IMG/VR virus record: IMGVR_UViG_3300029822_001172
Span: 1 to 22,155 of that record
Strand: one strand, 5' to 3'
Source: a virus
DNA length: 22,155 bases
The notes under the pieces are model-generated. The model had not been told where the DNA came from. It did no database searches and saw nothing but the letters and a program-made list of their open reading frames with translations. Within the stretch, counting starts at the first letter, position 1. Each line of letters begins with the position of its first letter. A program made the translations under genes and the position numbers. Below are positions 1-9,600 of this stretch, piece after piece.

Positions 1-1083
1 TACCATCCCGTAACCCGTCCAGGCAGGGTTCGAGCTATTAAGGGTAATTTTTGTGCCTGTGATTACGTTATCCTTTACATATAGGGTAGTTGGAGCCCCC
101 GCAGAAGTATACACGAGAAATCCGGCGTTATAGCAATCTTCTATAGTGTTTCTCTCGAAGGTCGCGCCGTTCCACCCACCAATGGCTATACCGGAATTAT
201 ACGCTATCGTGGTAATCCTGCCGGTTCCACGGATTATATTATCGTGAACGTGAAGCCCTTTGTTTGACTGGTTAGGTCCGGTTCCATACTCGATGATCCA
301 CATCCCTTCCCCCCATGCGTTCACAATCTCGTTTCCGTAGACCTCTATGTCTGACATATCGTAAGTATCGTCCCCATGCTCGATTTGTATCCCTGGATTG
401 CCTGCCAGGGAATTCAAGGCGTACGGTTCCATGTAGTTGTTGAATATTTTTCCATGTCCGGTATTATAGACTCTATGCGCTGAATTGGTTCTGATTAGCG
501 TTCTATTCCCAAAAATGAGGAAGTTCCGAGACCGTAAGAAGAAACAGCCATCGTGCCCCATCCTTTCCACTTTATTATTAAAAAAGTAAAGCGTGTCGCT
601 GTTGGACATTCGCATCCCGTCGCTTTGCCCATCATGAATATACATATCATGCATTGAAATATTTGTTGCATTTGTAAAAAACATTATAATGTAATTTAGT
701 TTTCCATGCACATAACCGGCTTGATTATCTTTATTTGCATCGATTTCGAAGTTGTGGACCTCGACATTTCTGATAGGGTTGACTCTCTGTTTCAAAAGAG
801 GTTCTGTGCCAGGGTCCTGGGTCGTGTAAATGTTAGCCCAGCCTGCATTATTCTTTAGCCTGAGTTTTGCGGTTTTGTCGCCTGTAAGGATGGTATTATT
901 CCCAACAAGCAACCAGGAAGTAAGCTCATAAGTAAAAGGTCCTCTCAGATAGACCGTTACTGGGTTGGCATCTGTCCCGGAATTATGAGCGTATAAAAGA
1001 GCCTGGTTAATCTGGATGTCGTCGGCTGTTCCGTCTACGGTGTATTCATCAGTTCCCAGGCTCGAAACGTAAACCGTAGTCAT
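1..1083 (-). CDS. Disaggregatase-like right-handed beta-helix protein (putative tailspike/depolymerase); 3' end outside the window
   Basis: Absent from the ORF track because there is no stop in the window. Manual translation gives 361 open codons: MTTVYVSSLGTDEYTVDGTADDIQINQALLYAH...VYLRGPFTYELTSWLLVGNNTILTGD...MHDMYIHDGQSDGMR...MGHDGCF...RTNSAHRV...GNPGIQIEH...DIEVYGNEI. The ATG overlaps the upstream TGA (ATGA at 1080-1083). Motifs recall Methanosarcina disaggregatase-related proteins. Confidence 0.85.
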   Translation of the reverse strand, partial: MTTVYVSSLGTDEYTVDGTADDIQINQALLYAHNSGTDANPVTVYLRGPFTYELTSWLLVGNNTILTGDKTAKLRLKNNAGWANIYTTQDPGTEPLLKQRVNPIRNVEVHNFEIDANKDNQAGYVHGKLNYIIMFFTNATNISMHDMYIHDGQSDGMRMSNSDTLYFFNNKVERMGHDGCFFLRSRNFLIFGNRTLIRTNSAHRVYNTGHGKIFNNYMEPYALNSLAGNPGIQIEHGDDTYDMSDIEVYGNEIVNAWGEGMWIIEYGTGPNQSNKGLHVHDNIIRGTGRITTIAYNSGIAIGGWNGATFERNTIEDCYNAGFLVYTSAGAPTTLYVKDNVITGTKITLNSSNPAWTGYGMV

Positions 1084-4000
1084 GCTAGGGACACCGTTAC
1101 TATTTTACCACTCGCTGTCTGCACTACAGCAGTTTTATTTTCCTCATTTATACTCAGGACCGTGCAACTTTCCGGAGTAAGCTGTTTTTCAAGTCTGTCC
1201 TCTACAATAGATTGTGTAGTATCGACCAGATCATCTATGATTGGTTTATAATATCCTGGACTTAGGAAGTCACTCCAAGGAGCAGGTACAATAGGATCAA
1301 TTACTGAATAGATGTTATCTGTAATTGCTGTGATGTTCACTATTTCCAGTTTATGCTCGCTAATATGCTTTATATCTGAAATCCTAAGCCATCTTGGACG
1401 GGGTACTCCTGAAACATCGACAAGATGTGTTGAGTTTTCGGCGTCCCTTGGATCATTAGCAGCAACAAATTTAACTTGTTGTGATTGTGTGAGCCCCTGC
1501 AGCTTATCAGAAAATTCAGGACCAAATCTAATACGCTGGTACAACTCAAAGTCGAACCGGTCCACAAAAGACATAGTAACCTTAACGCGTTTAGAAAGGA
1601 AATATAAAAGCCATTTTATGGCTTCACGCTCGGCTGTGCTGCCCTTTTCCGTGATCGCGTTATCTTCAATAATATATACTTTAGGTTTTTGTTCTCCTGT
1701 ATAGACCTCATAAGAAAATGCTTGAGCGACTACACTTTCCCCGTTCTCGCTAAGGACTCCATAAACTAGGACAGAGTTATATTTTTCCTCGCTTTCGTTT
1801 GTGACCTGGGGATCGCTGGCGAGCTTGCAGTCGTCGACGTTCAGCTCCAGAGGGGCAGGCAGATCAAACCCGTTAACTGGCTCGTCAATCCTTTCAGGTG
1901 GGACGAAATAAAATTCAGGTCGTATTATAGGGGTCCCGTCCATTTCCCTGGTTATTAGCCTGGTCTGATACAGGCATCCTGCGTATTTTGCAAGCTCCTT
2001 TATTGCCTCTAGTTTTTTGGTTTTAGGATCGAAAACAAACTGTTTAGGCTCTTTGTTAGTATCTATAAGCGTTTTAGGATACACCCCAGACTTTTCAGGC
2101 TCTAAAATCCTTACAAGCCAGTTAGGGACTGTATCCACTGCTGTATCAATTACCTGATATACCCAGGGGACTGGCTGAGTTACTAGGTTTATACTGTTAT
2201 CCGCCGCGTGCATTTTTACGGTTTGGGAATAATGTCCGTGAGTCGGCGAATTAGTTATTATTTTTCCATGGAATAATAAGCGAGGGTTGCCATGCGAGTC
2301 ATATGCATTATGTTTTATCGTGCTGCCTTCTGGAGGGACAGTAAGGTTTTGGAACTCTGTAGAGAGTTGAATGTAGGCGTCATTAATGGATCGATTGACT
2401 TCACAGGATACAATAGCATAATCGCCAAGCTCTCGACGCTCTTTAAAAGTTGGTTCCCCTGGGACCATTCCCATAAAAGACGAGGGTAACTTTATGTATT
2501 CATAATAAATTTGTGGAGTCTTCCACTGTGGGCGGTGGGAGAGCTGTATCTCTGGTATAATTTCGATACTTGTTTCGGTCGTGGTCTCGTAATATATCGC
2601 CCCTGTTTTCCTTGTCAGCTTTCCAAGAGTTCCAGATATATTGGTAATTTTCCGGACCCTGACCCAATCAACGACTAGATCACCTTTATTTGTGGTACTG
2701 TAAAACGAAATCGGGATAGATTCAGAAGGGGTTGTTACGGTCATGGTTCGACGGTAATTATCGTCTACAAAAAATCCAACACTTCCCAATTCGTAAGTTA
2801 TCCCGTATTTGTGGAATGTTGTACCGCCTCTATTTATCCCATCGTCTGTATTTGTAGAGGCAGAACCGTTATGCGTATGCGTATGATCGTTGTAATTTGT
2901 CCCCGACGCTCCTAACCAGCACGCCCTTTGGTTAGTTGCCGACCAGAAGCCGCAGATTGTTTGATTTTGGTTAGGATGGTACATTCTCATTTCTACTATA
3001 TGACCAGGACCAAACACCGTGGATCCTCGGATTAAACTATTCTGTACCGTACTCCCTAAAATCATAGTTGAGTTGGTAACTGAGGCTACCCCTCCTGCTA
3101 GAGTCCATTCAGGTCCAAGAGTAGAACCTTCGAAATCATCCCAAATGTCGAAAACATCAGATGCGGAACTCTCAGAAGCAGCTAGACCATTCCCGAAAAA
3201 GAACAATATCTTATCATGATCTTTAGGGAGCTTAACCCATACAGAAAACTCGGTCGATGTTGTGGTCTCCAGATAGTAAGATAACTTATTCCCTGCCAGG
3301 TCATAAAATCTTAAATCTCTGCCGTCTGCTGTCATGCCTGGACGGTATGGAATAGAGAGGAGGATCTGCTCGCCTCCGGTAGCCGAGGAAGTCGCCGAGA
3401 GGTTAACGTCCTGCTGATATTTCCAGCCTGGAAGCTGCCAGACCCCGCCCCCGCCTCCTATGTTAGGGGTTACGGTTACGGTCGTCTCTGTCTGTGGGAC
3501 TCCGACTATAGAGGGGTCGCTCTTTGTTTTAGCGACCCCGTTACCGTAATAAAATTTTATCCGGGTGGTCCCTGCAGGGATCTCGACCCAGCAGTCCAGG
3601 AAGTCGAGCCCAGTATCAAAGATGTTAAATTTTAGCTCTTTATCGTCGAGATCTGTATATCTCAGGTCTCGACCGTCGAGGGTCATGCCTGGCTGAATAG
3701 GGAGCTTAACCCGTGCCGGGCTCTCCTGATCCCCGAGATATATTTCTCCCCGGTACTTCCAGAGAGGATAAGGACTTCTGAGCTGTGGATTATAAAAAAG
3801 CGGGCGCCTAAACATGACGTTAGCTTTCATCCCCAACTGAGTATTAATATTTTTTAAAAATGACTTTATATTTACGGATGGATACATTCCAATCCTGGTA
3901 TTTGCTTCTGTAATTGCATTATCCCAAGGGTAGCCCTTTGGCTGAGTTGTATATTTTCTTCCTGTTGTAAGGACTGGCATCGTTTCCGTAAAGTCCCTGA

Positions 4001-4787
4001 CCCTAACCCAATCTACCCTAAGATCTCCTTTATTTACTTCCGAATAAAAGGAAACTGGCAGCGATACATTACCTGGTAGTGTTTCCGCTAAATATGTCCT
4101 TTCAGAATAATTCACAAAAAAGCGGGCCTGAGAAATTGAATTAGCTGCGGCATATACATAATAAGCGCCTGCCCTGTTTACTCCGTCATCTCTCCACGTT
4201 CCAGAACTTCCGTTATGCGTAAATCTATGATCGTTGTTTACTGCCTGAGTAGAACCCTGCCAAGCTACTGTTTTTTGAGTGCTTGTATTCCTGAAGCCTA
4301 TAATACATCTGTTTTTATCTGCATGAGAAGCCCTGGCTTCTACTATTGTATTAGGTGCGAAGGTTTTGTATGTTTCTAAAATACAATTCAGTGAAGCGTT
4401 TTGCATTGTAAGAATTGAACCGGATACCGTCGCTGAACCATGAATGAGTTTCCAAATTGAATTATCAAGTTTATCGAAATGGTCAAAAAACGTAAATACG
4501 CCCTTACCATCGCTTTTAGAAGTTACTCCACCATTTCCATAATGTAAGTAAAATAAATCAGTATTGGGAGGAAGTCTAAACCAGATAAAAACCTGGTTAA
4601 ACTCCGTTACTGATTCTATAAAATATGGGATTTCGGTTCCGGATCTAGTAGAGGCTCTTATATCCCTGAAATCCGCCCTCATCCCTGGACGATAGAGCAA
4701 GGCGATGTTAGCCAGGAAATCCTTAGTCGTCGAAAATCCCGTGACATGGACTTCTAGCTTATACTTCCAAGCGATGAAATGCTGCAC
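1080..4787 (-). CDS. Tail tip/baseplate hub protein with three N-terminal DUF2341-like adhesin modules
   Basis: 1235 aa, GTG start. Three repeats of WKY...PGM..D.RD.R...W(V/F)...YGNG; repeats 1 and 3 continue into a lectin-like beta-sandwich ending DWVRVR. The C-terminal ~500 aa is hub-like by position and pattern. Confidence 0.8.
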   Translation of the reverse strand: MQHFIAWKYKLEVHVTGFSTTKDFLANIALLYRPGMRADFRDIRASTRSGTEIPYFIESVTEFNQVFIWFRLPPNTDLFYLHYGNGGVTSKSDGKGVFTFFDHFDKLDNSIWKLIHGSATVSGSILTMQNASLNCILETYKTFAPNTIVEARASHADKNRCIIGFRNTSTQKTVAWQGSTQAVNNDHRFTHNGSSGTWRDDGVNRAGAYYVYAAANSISQARFFVNYSERTYLAETLPGNVSLPVSFYSEVNKGDLRVDWVRVRDFTETMPVLTTGRKYTTQPKGYPWDNAITEANTRIGMYPSVNIKSFLKNINTQLGMKANVMFRRPLFYNPQLRSPYPLWKYRGEIYLGDQESPARVKLPIQPGMTLDGRDLRYTDLDDKELKFNIFDTGLDFLDCWVEIPAGTTRIKFYYGNGVAKTKSDPSIVGVPQTETTVTVTPNIGGGGGVWQLPGWKYQQDVNLSATSSATGGEQILLSIPYRPGMTADGRDLRFYDLAGNKLSYYLETTTSTEFSVWVKLPKDHDKILFFFGNGLAASESSASDVFDIWDDFEGSTLGPEWTLAGGVASVTNSTMILGSTVQNSLIRGSTVFGPGHIVEMRMYHPNQNQTICGFWSATNQRACWLGASGTNYNDHTHTHNGSASTNTDDGINRGGTTFHKYGITYELGSVGFFVDDNYRRTMTVTTPSESIPISFYSTTNKGDLVVDWVRVRKITNISGTLGKLTRKTGAIYYETTTETSIEIIPEIQLSHRPQWKTPQIYYEYIKLPSSFMGMVPGEPTFKERRELGDYAIVSCEVNRSINDAYIQLSTEFQNLTVPPEGSTIKHNAYDSHGNPRLLFHGKIITNSPTHGHYSQTVKMHAADNSINLVTQPVPWVYQVIDTAVDTVPNWLVRILEPEKSGVYPKTLIDTNKEPKQFVFDPKTKKLEAIKELAKYAGCLYQTRLITREMDGTPIIRPEFYFVPPERIDEPVNGFDLPAPLELNVDDCKLASDPQVTNESEEKYNSVLVYGVLSENGESVVAQAFSYEVYTGEQKPKVYIIEDNAITEKGSTAEREAIKWLLYFLSKRVKVTMSFVDRFDFELYQRIRFGPEFSDKLQGLTQSQQVKFVAANDPRDAENSTHLVDVSGVPRPRWLRISDIKHISEHKLEIVNITAITDNIYSVIDPIVPAPWSDFLSPGYYKPIIDDLVDTTQSIVEDRLEKQLTPESCTVLSINEENKTAVVQTASGKIVTVSLA

Positions 4788-4802
4788 ATTTCCACCCTAT
4801 CA

Positions 4803-5195
4803 TTAAGGTTTCTGCACAATTGCCCAGAGTGAACAGCCTGTTATTGCCTGCCCAGTGTCCAGGTTTACCACTCTAGCCCTTACATAACGGGCGGCTCTCT
4901 GCATCTGCACGAAGCCCTGGACCTGATGGCCTGCGTCTACCTGCACGTCCCCTGAGTCGCAGGGATCGGCATAAGTCCCGATGGTGAAACTTTGTGAAGC
5001 TCCTGCAGGATCTGCATAGAGGTCTATTCTTGCGCCCTTTGTTGCGCTTGCGTGAAACATCATTTGGTATCCAATGCCGAAGTCAACCGCATCGTTCAGG
5101 TCCACGCCTGTACTTGCGGCACTTGCGCTGTTTGCCGCTACGGTTACGCTGTCAAGTATAAGAGTTGGTGTTTTCGAAAGTGCCATATTTATCAC
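4803..5195 (-). CDS. Hypothetical virion protein (beta-rich, jelly-roll-like)
   Basis: 130 aa ORF with AGGTGA RBS, tightly packed in the tail operon; ARYVRARVVN strand motif. Confidence 0.6.
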   Translation of the reverse strand: MINMALSKTPTLILDSVTVAANSASAASTGVDLNDAVDFGIGYQMMFHASATKGARIDLYADPAGASQSFTIGTYADPCDSGDVQVDAGHQVQGFVQMQRAARYVRARVVNLDTGQAITGCSLWAIVQKP

Positions 5196-5196
5196 C

Positions 5197-5793
5197 TCAT
5201 TCCGGTACTACTGTACCAATTCCTTGTATAAGCTGTGATCTAATAGCGTCTTCTGGTGTTGAAATTCTGTTATTATATGCCGTGATTAGCTTGTCCCGGC
5301 ATGAATCAAGACCCGCGTTTCTATTCCATGTGATTTTCACATTTCTTGCTTGGGATCTGTCCTGATCTTTTCCAAGAACAGCAGCCGATACTTCGCATAT
5401 ATCAGCACTTATAATCCTAACGTCTATTGAATCTGCAATGATGATTTCGTCTTTGTTGACTCCTATTTTCTCGACCTTCTCGTATCCCGCAGGATCGCCA
5501 GAGAAAATAACCTCCGGGATAGTTACGAGGCCCATGCCGTAAAGAACCAGCGCCCTATAAGCGATCTTCTCGGCTTCTTTCCTAAAGTAGTCGATAGCCT
5601 CTTCCTTTGCCAGAATTAGAGCATTATTTAAGGCTTCCATAGTCTGAGCTTTAGGAATTACTATAAAGTCTCTCTGTGGGTTGCTGCCGTCTGCGTAGGT
5701 ATTAGCAGTATCCTTCAGAACAATGTGGATAGCACCGTCATCATCCACGGTATAAGGGGGATCGTCGACAGGAACGATATTAAGCGTGACCAT
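5197..5793 (-). CDS. Hypothetical protein in the tail module
   Basis: 198 aa ORF, co-oriented and tightly packed, preceded by AAGGAG. Confidence 0.6.
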   Translation of the reverse strand: MVTLNIVPVDDPPYTVDDDGAIHIVLKDTANTYADGSNPQRDFIVIPKAQTMEALNNALILAKEEAIDYFRKEAEKIAYRALVLYGMGLVTIPEVIFSGDPAGYEKVEKIGVNKDEIIIADSIDVRIISADICEVSAAVLGKDQDRSQARNVKITWNRNAGLDSCRDKLITAYNNRISTPEDAIRSQLIQGIGTVVPE

Positions 5794-5806
5794 TTTCCAG
5801 AGCTCC

Positions 5807-6193
5807 TTAGATGGATGTTACCCTTGTATTTGTGTTCGTAATCGTGATCTCGACGCTCTCACCGTCGGAATAGTTTTTATTTTCCGAGAGCACATGCCTT
5901 AAGAACATGTCACCGCCTACGGAAGCGTTGAATATCCCCAGTTCTCGAATAGTCACAGGGCCTGTAAACGCATACAATATAGACCACTGTGAAATCCCAA
6001 GACTGACATAAGATACGGTCGCCTGCGCCCTCTGTGCTCCGTACTGTGTATTTTCGTTCTCAAGTGCGGTACTTGCTGTACTCTCTGCCCCCGCTCCTGT
6101 GCCTGTAGCCATATAGACAAAAGGATCAGGAGGGGACGCCCCTATAATCATTCTTGCAGCTGCTTCAAGGGCTTTATCTGTTAGCGTCGCGAT
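5807..6193 (-). CDS. Small tail/baseplate structural protein; start is either ATC at 6193 or ATG at 6151
   Basis: FVYMATGTG...TALENE...IRELGIFNASVGGDMFLR pattern typical of archaeal-virus tail proteins. The frame is open upstream of the ATG (IATLTDKALEAAARM). A strong RBS GAGGAGGT lies 6 nt before the ATC. Confidence 0.65.
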   Translation of the reverse strand: MATLTDKALEAAARMIIGASPPDPFVYMATGTGAGAESTASTALENENTQYGAQRAQATVSYVSLGISQWSILYAFTGPVTIRELGIFNASVGGDMFLRHVLSENKNYSDGESVEITITNTNTRVTSI

Positions 6194-6309
6194 ACTAAGA
6201 CCTCCTCTTTTCCATCTGAATGTATCCTGATATGCTCGGTTATGTTGCCCTCGCGGTCCCTAGATTTGATATCAATGACCGTAAGGGACGCTGTTTCTGT
6301 TGCTGTCAA
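6181..6309 (-). CDS. 42-aa ORF (MTATETASLTVIDIKSRDREGNITEHIRIHSDGKEEVLVSRR)
   Basis: The TTG start overlaps the stop of the upstream gene (TTGA) and the ORF overlaps the downstream gene. It resembles the missing N-terminus of that downstream protein family. Confidence 0.5.
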   Translation of the reverse strand: MTATETASLTVIDIKSRDREGNITEHIRIHSDGKEEVLVSRR

Positions 6310-6653
6310 TGTTGATCGACCTTTGAAAATTTTATATTGTATACGAATTTTCCGGATCCCCGGACAACTTCCTTGATTCCACCAACCCCCGAAATATAAC
6401 AGTCTGGAAAACTTTCACCTTCTATAACCAGAGTGCCGAATGTGCCGATGGCGTCCGCTAGATTGGAGATCTCGGTATAATCCTCTGTATAGCAGTCGAA
6501 AGAGCGGGGGAAATCTCGTTTTTTGTTGCTTATAGCAGCGAAAAAATCGCCGTTATAAAGCTGCACTTCCTTCGCTGTTACCGTGAAATTTTTTTCAGTG
6601 TCTTGATAAGCAGTTACCGGAAGCCCTGCGAAAGTCACTGATAAAAAGCTCAT
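6306..6653 (-). CDS. Putative distal tail (Dit-like) protein
   Basis: 115 aa immediately after the tape measure with ATGA overlap; beta-rich; assignment mainly positional. Confidence 0.6.
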   Translation of the reverse strand: MSFLSVTFAGLPVTAYQDTEKNFTVTAKEVQLYNGDFFAAISNKKRDFPRSFDCYTEDYTEISNLADAIGTFGTLVIEGESFPDCYISGVGGIKEVVRGSGKFVYNIKFSKVDQH

Positions 6654-9600
6654 TTGTAAAGCCCCCTTGCCCTGCGTTTGTTTGCGGTTTGTCTTTCGAT
6701 CTCTGCGATTATTGCCTGCAGGTCAATACCATTGCTTATGGTATTGGGGCCAATGCTTATGGTGTCCCCTCCGTACGTGGTAGAAGAGTTTGTAATATTT
6801 GAGATCCTGCTGAATCCAGCTGATAGAGAAGAATCTATAGGGCTTCTGAGTCCTGATAGTGCGCTTCTCAGATCTCCAGACATGGACCTGACTTTTTTGA
6901 TTGAAGCCTCGATAGGATCTGAAAAAGCGGCATCCCAGTTAGGTAGAACATGGAAAGGACCTTTTTCAGCAGGAGAAGAAGGCAGGTAAGATTTCAGTTC
7001 CTTCAGGGAGTCCTTGGCCTTTTTAATTGCTTTACTGAATCCAGACGATATAGAATCATACAGAGCGTCCATTATAGCCCGTCCTGCAGCTGAGAAACTT
7101 GATACCAGGGCTTTTACATCCGAGGCTATACCTTTTACTGCGTTTACTACCTGAGAGCCTGCGGTCTTCGTGGAGCTTATGATATTGTTCCAGCGCGTTT
7201 TCCAATCGTTCAGTAAGCTTAACACGGCTGATTTTATAGAGTTGAACCTGCTCTGCATGTTAGAGAGCATGGAAGAAAGACTGCTGCTTATGTTACTTGC
7301 AGCTGTTTTTGTAGCAGATACAAAATTATTCCAGTGTGTTTTCCAGGCACTAAGGATCGAAGCAGCTGCTGACTTTATCGAGTTAAATTTAGAAGTGACA
7401 TAAGAAAGCATGGAAGAAAGAGCACTATTCAAAGCTGACGCGGCTGAACTCGTTGCGCTCTTGAAATTGTTCCAGTGACTCTTCCAGGCTGAGAGGATAG
7501 AAGAGGCTGCGCTCTTGATCTGGTTGAATCGGCTCTGAACATAAGAGAGCATGGAAGAAAGGGCACTTGACAGAGCTGAAGCAGCTGCTGAGGTTGCAGC
7601 CTTGAAGTTGTTCCAATGAGTTTCCCATGCGGCTAGGATAGAAGCCGCGGATGTTTTGATGCTTGCAAACCGGGCCTGAATGTTTGAGTATAGAGTGCCT
7701 AAATAGCTGGATATTGCACCTGCAGCTGTGCTGATGGCTGTCTGGAAATTCGTCCAGTGAGTGCGCCAGGAAGCAAGCAGGCTCTGCCCTGCAGCTATCA
7801 AGGAATTATACCTGCTCTGGAGTCCAGCATACATACTCTGAACCGCTGAAATAATCACATTTCCGACAGTCGAGAAAACCGTTTTGATTGTATCCCAGAT
7901 CGTTGAGAGGTTCGTTTTCAGGTTTCCGGCTGCCATTATCAGCCCATGCCATAGCTGCTGCAGCGTATTCGAAAAGTTTCTTACAGCTGTTTCTATGGTG
8001 GTTTTTGCAGCCTGGAATTTTCCTTGAATGTCAAACCAGTTGTTTTTCCAAGCTAAACCAAACGCAACAAGTGCGGCTGCAACTAGACCGAATGAGGTAG
8101 CTAGAAGAGCTATAGCTTCGATCACGATTGGGATTACGGTATATGCTATAATTCCAAACGCTGTACTTAGAGCAGGTAATATAGTAGCAGAAATAAAACT
8201 AATAGCTCCAGCCAGGGCTCCACCTGTACCGAACGCGGCGGCTAAAGTCCCAATTGATGAGACCACGGCACCGATCGCGACCAGGACAGGCCCGAGAGCT
8301 GCTATAAAAGCGGTAACTGCAAGTATTACAACCTTAACCGGCTGTGGTAGTTTGTTAAAAGCATCAGCGACTGTTGCGATAACATTTACGGCTCCTTCGA
8401 AAGCAGGAATTAAGGTATCAGTGATGAGGGGCACGATTGTATCTTGGATGATAGGAAGGAGACGGACACCCATTTCGGTAGTTGCATTTTTAATGTCCGC
8501 ACTCATTGACTCGAATGCGTAGCTAGTAGTGTCACTTATTTTTGCAAACGCTTCGTCGGTCTGGCCTGCGCTGCGCTCCATCTCATCCATGACATCTGTG
8601 AGGATCGCACCGTCTCTGGATGTCAATGTCAGCACAGCATTGCCTGCTTCGATGCTGCCAAACATGTCAGACAGCCGACCGTCTGCTTCCTCTGTATTTA
8701 TTCCGAGTATTTTGAAAGCGTCTGAGACATCTCCACCTTCCTTCCGGAATTCTTTGAATGTTTTTCCGGTAAGAGATTCAAATTCAAGGGATAGCCCGCT
8801 TGTAGGGTCGACAAGCTCTCGCATCCGGTTCTCAAGTTCCTTTGCGGCTGGGCTATTTTCCATAAAACCGTCTTTCATGAGCTTGAGCGCATCTTCGACC
8901 GTCCCGCCTTCTTTAATGAACTGCGGGAAACTTTTTCCAGAGATTTCTTTAAACGTATTGTAGGCGCTCGTGCCTTCTTTTGCAAGTTCATTGAAAAGAC
9001 GAGAAAGCTGAGTGGTTGATTGTGCGGTCGGAGTTCCCTGCGCAGTCATTGCCGCTAGGGCTCCAACTACTTGTTCAAGCGGAATCTGCAAACTCGCAGC
9101 GGTAGGAATTACTTGAGACAGACTCTTCTGAAGTTCTTCGTAGGACATTTTCCCCACGTTGATGCCGGCAAACAAAATATCAGATGCATCCGCAGCGCTC
9201 AGGTTTTCAGCGCCATAGGCATTAATGAGAGATGTTAGAGTGTCGACTGCTACACCTACGTTCGTAGCGCCAGCGACAGCTCCTTTTTGTGCGACTTCTA
9301 AAAATGAGAAAACGTTGTCCTGTGGGACACCTGACCCTATTGCATCATACAATGCAGGGAGGACTTCTTCAGTGGGAACTTTCATGTCTTTAGCAAATTG
9401 AAGCGTATCGGCTGACATCTGGCCGAACGCTTCTTTTGACATGTCAGGAATTAACGTGTATACCTGAGCCATCCCTTTCTCAAATTCCATCCCCTCTTTT
9501 GCCACACCGGCAAAAGCCAAGCCAGCGCCTACGATAGGGACCGTTATTGCAGCTGTCATTGCCGAGCCAGCTGAACTAATCTGAGCCCCGGCAGCATTGA

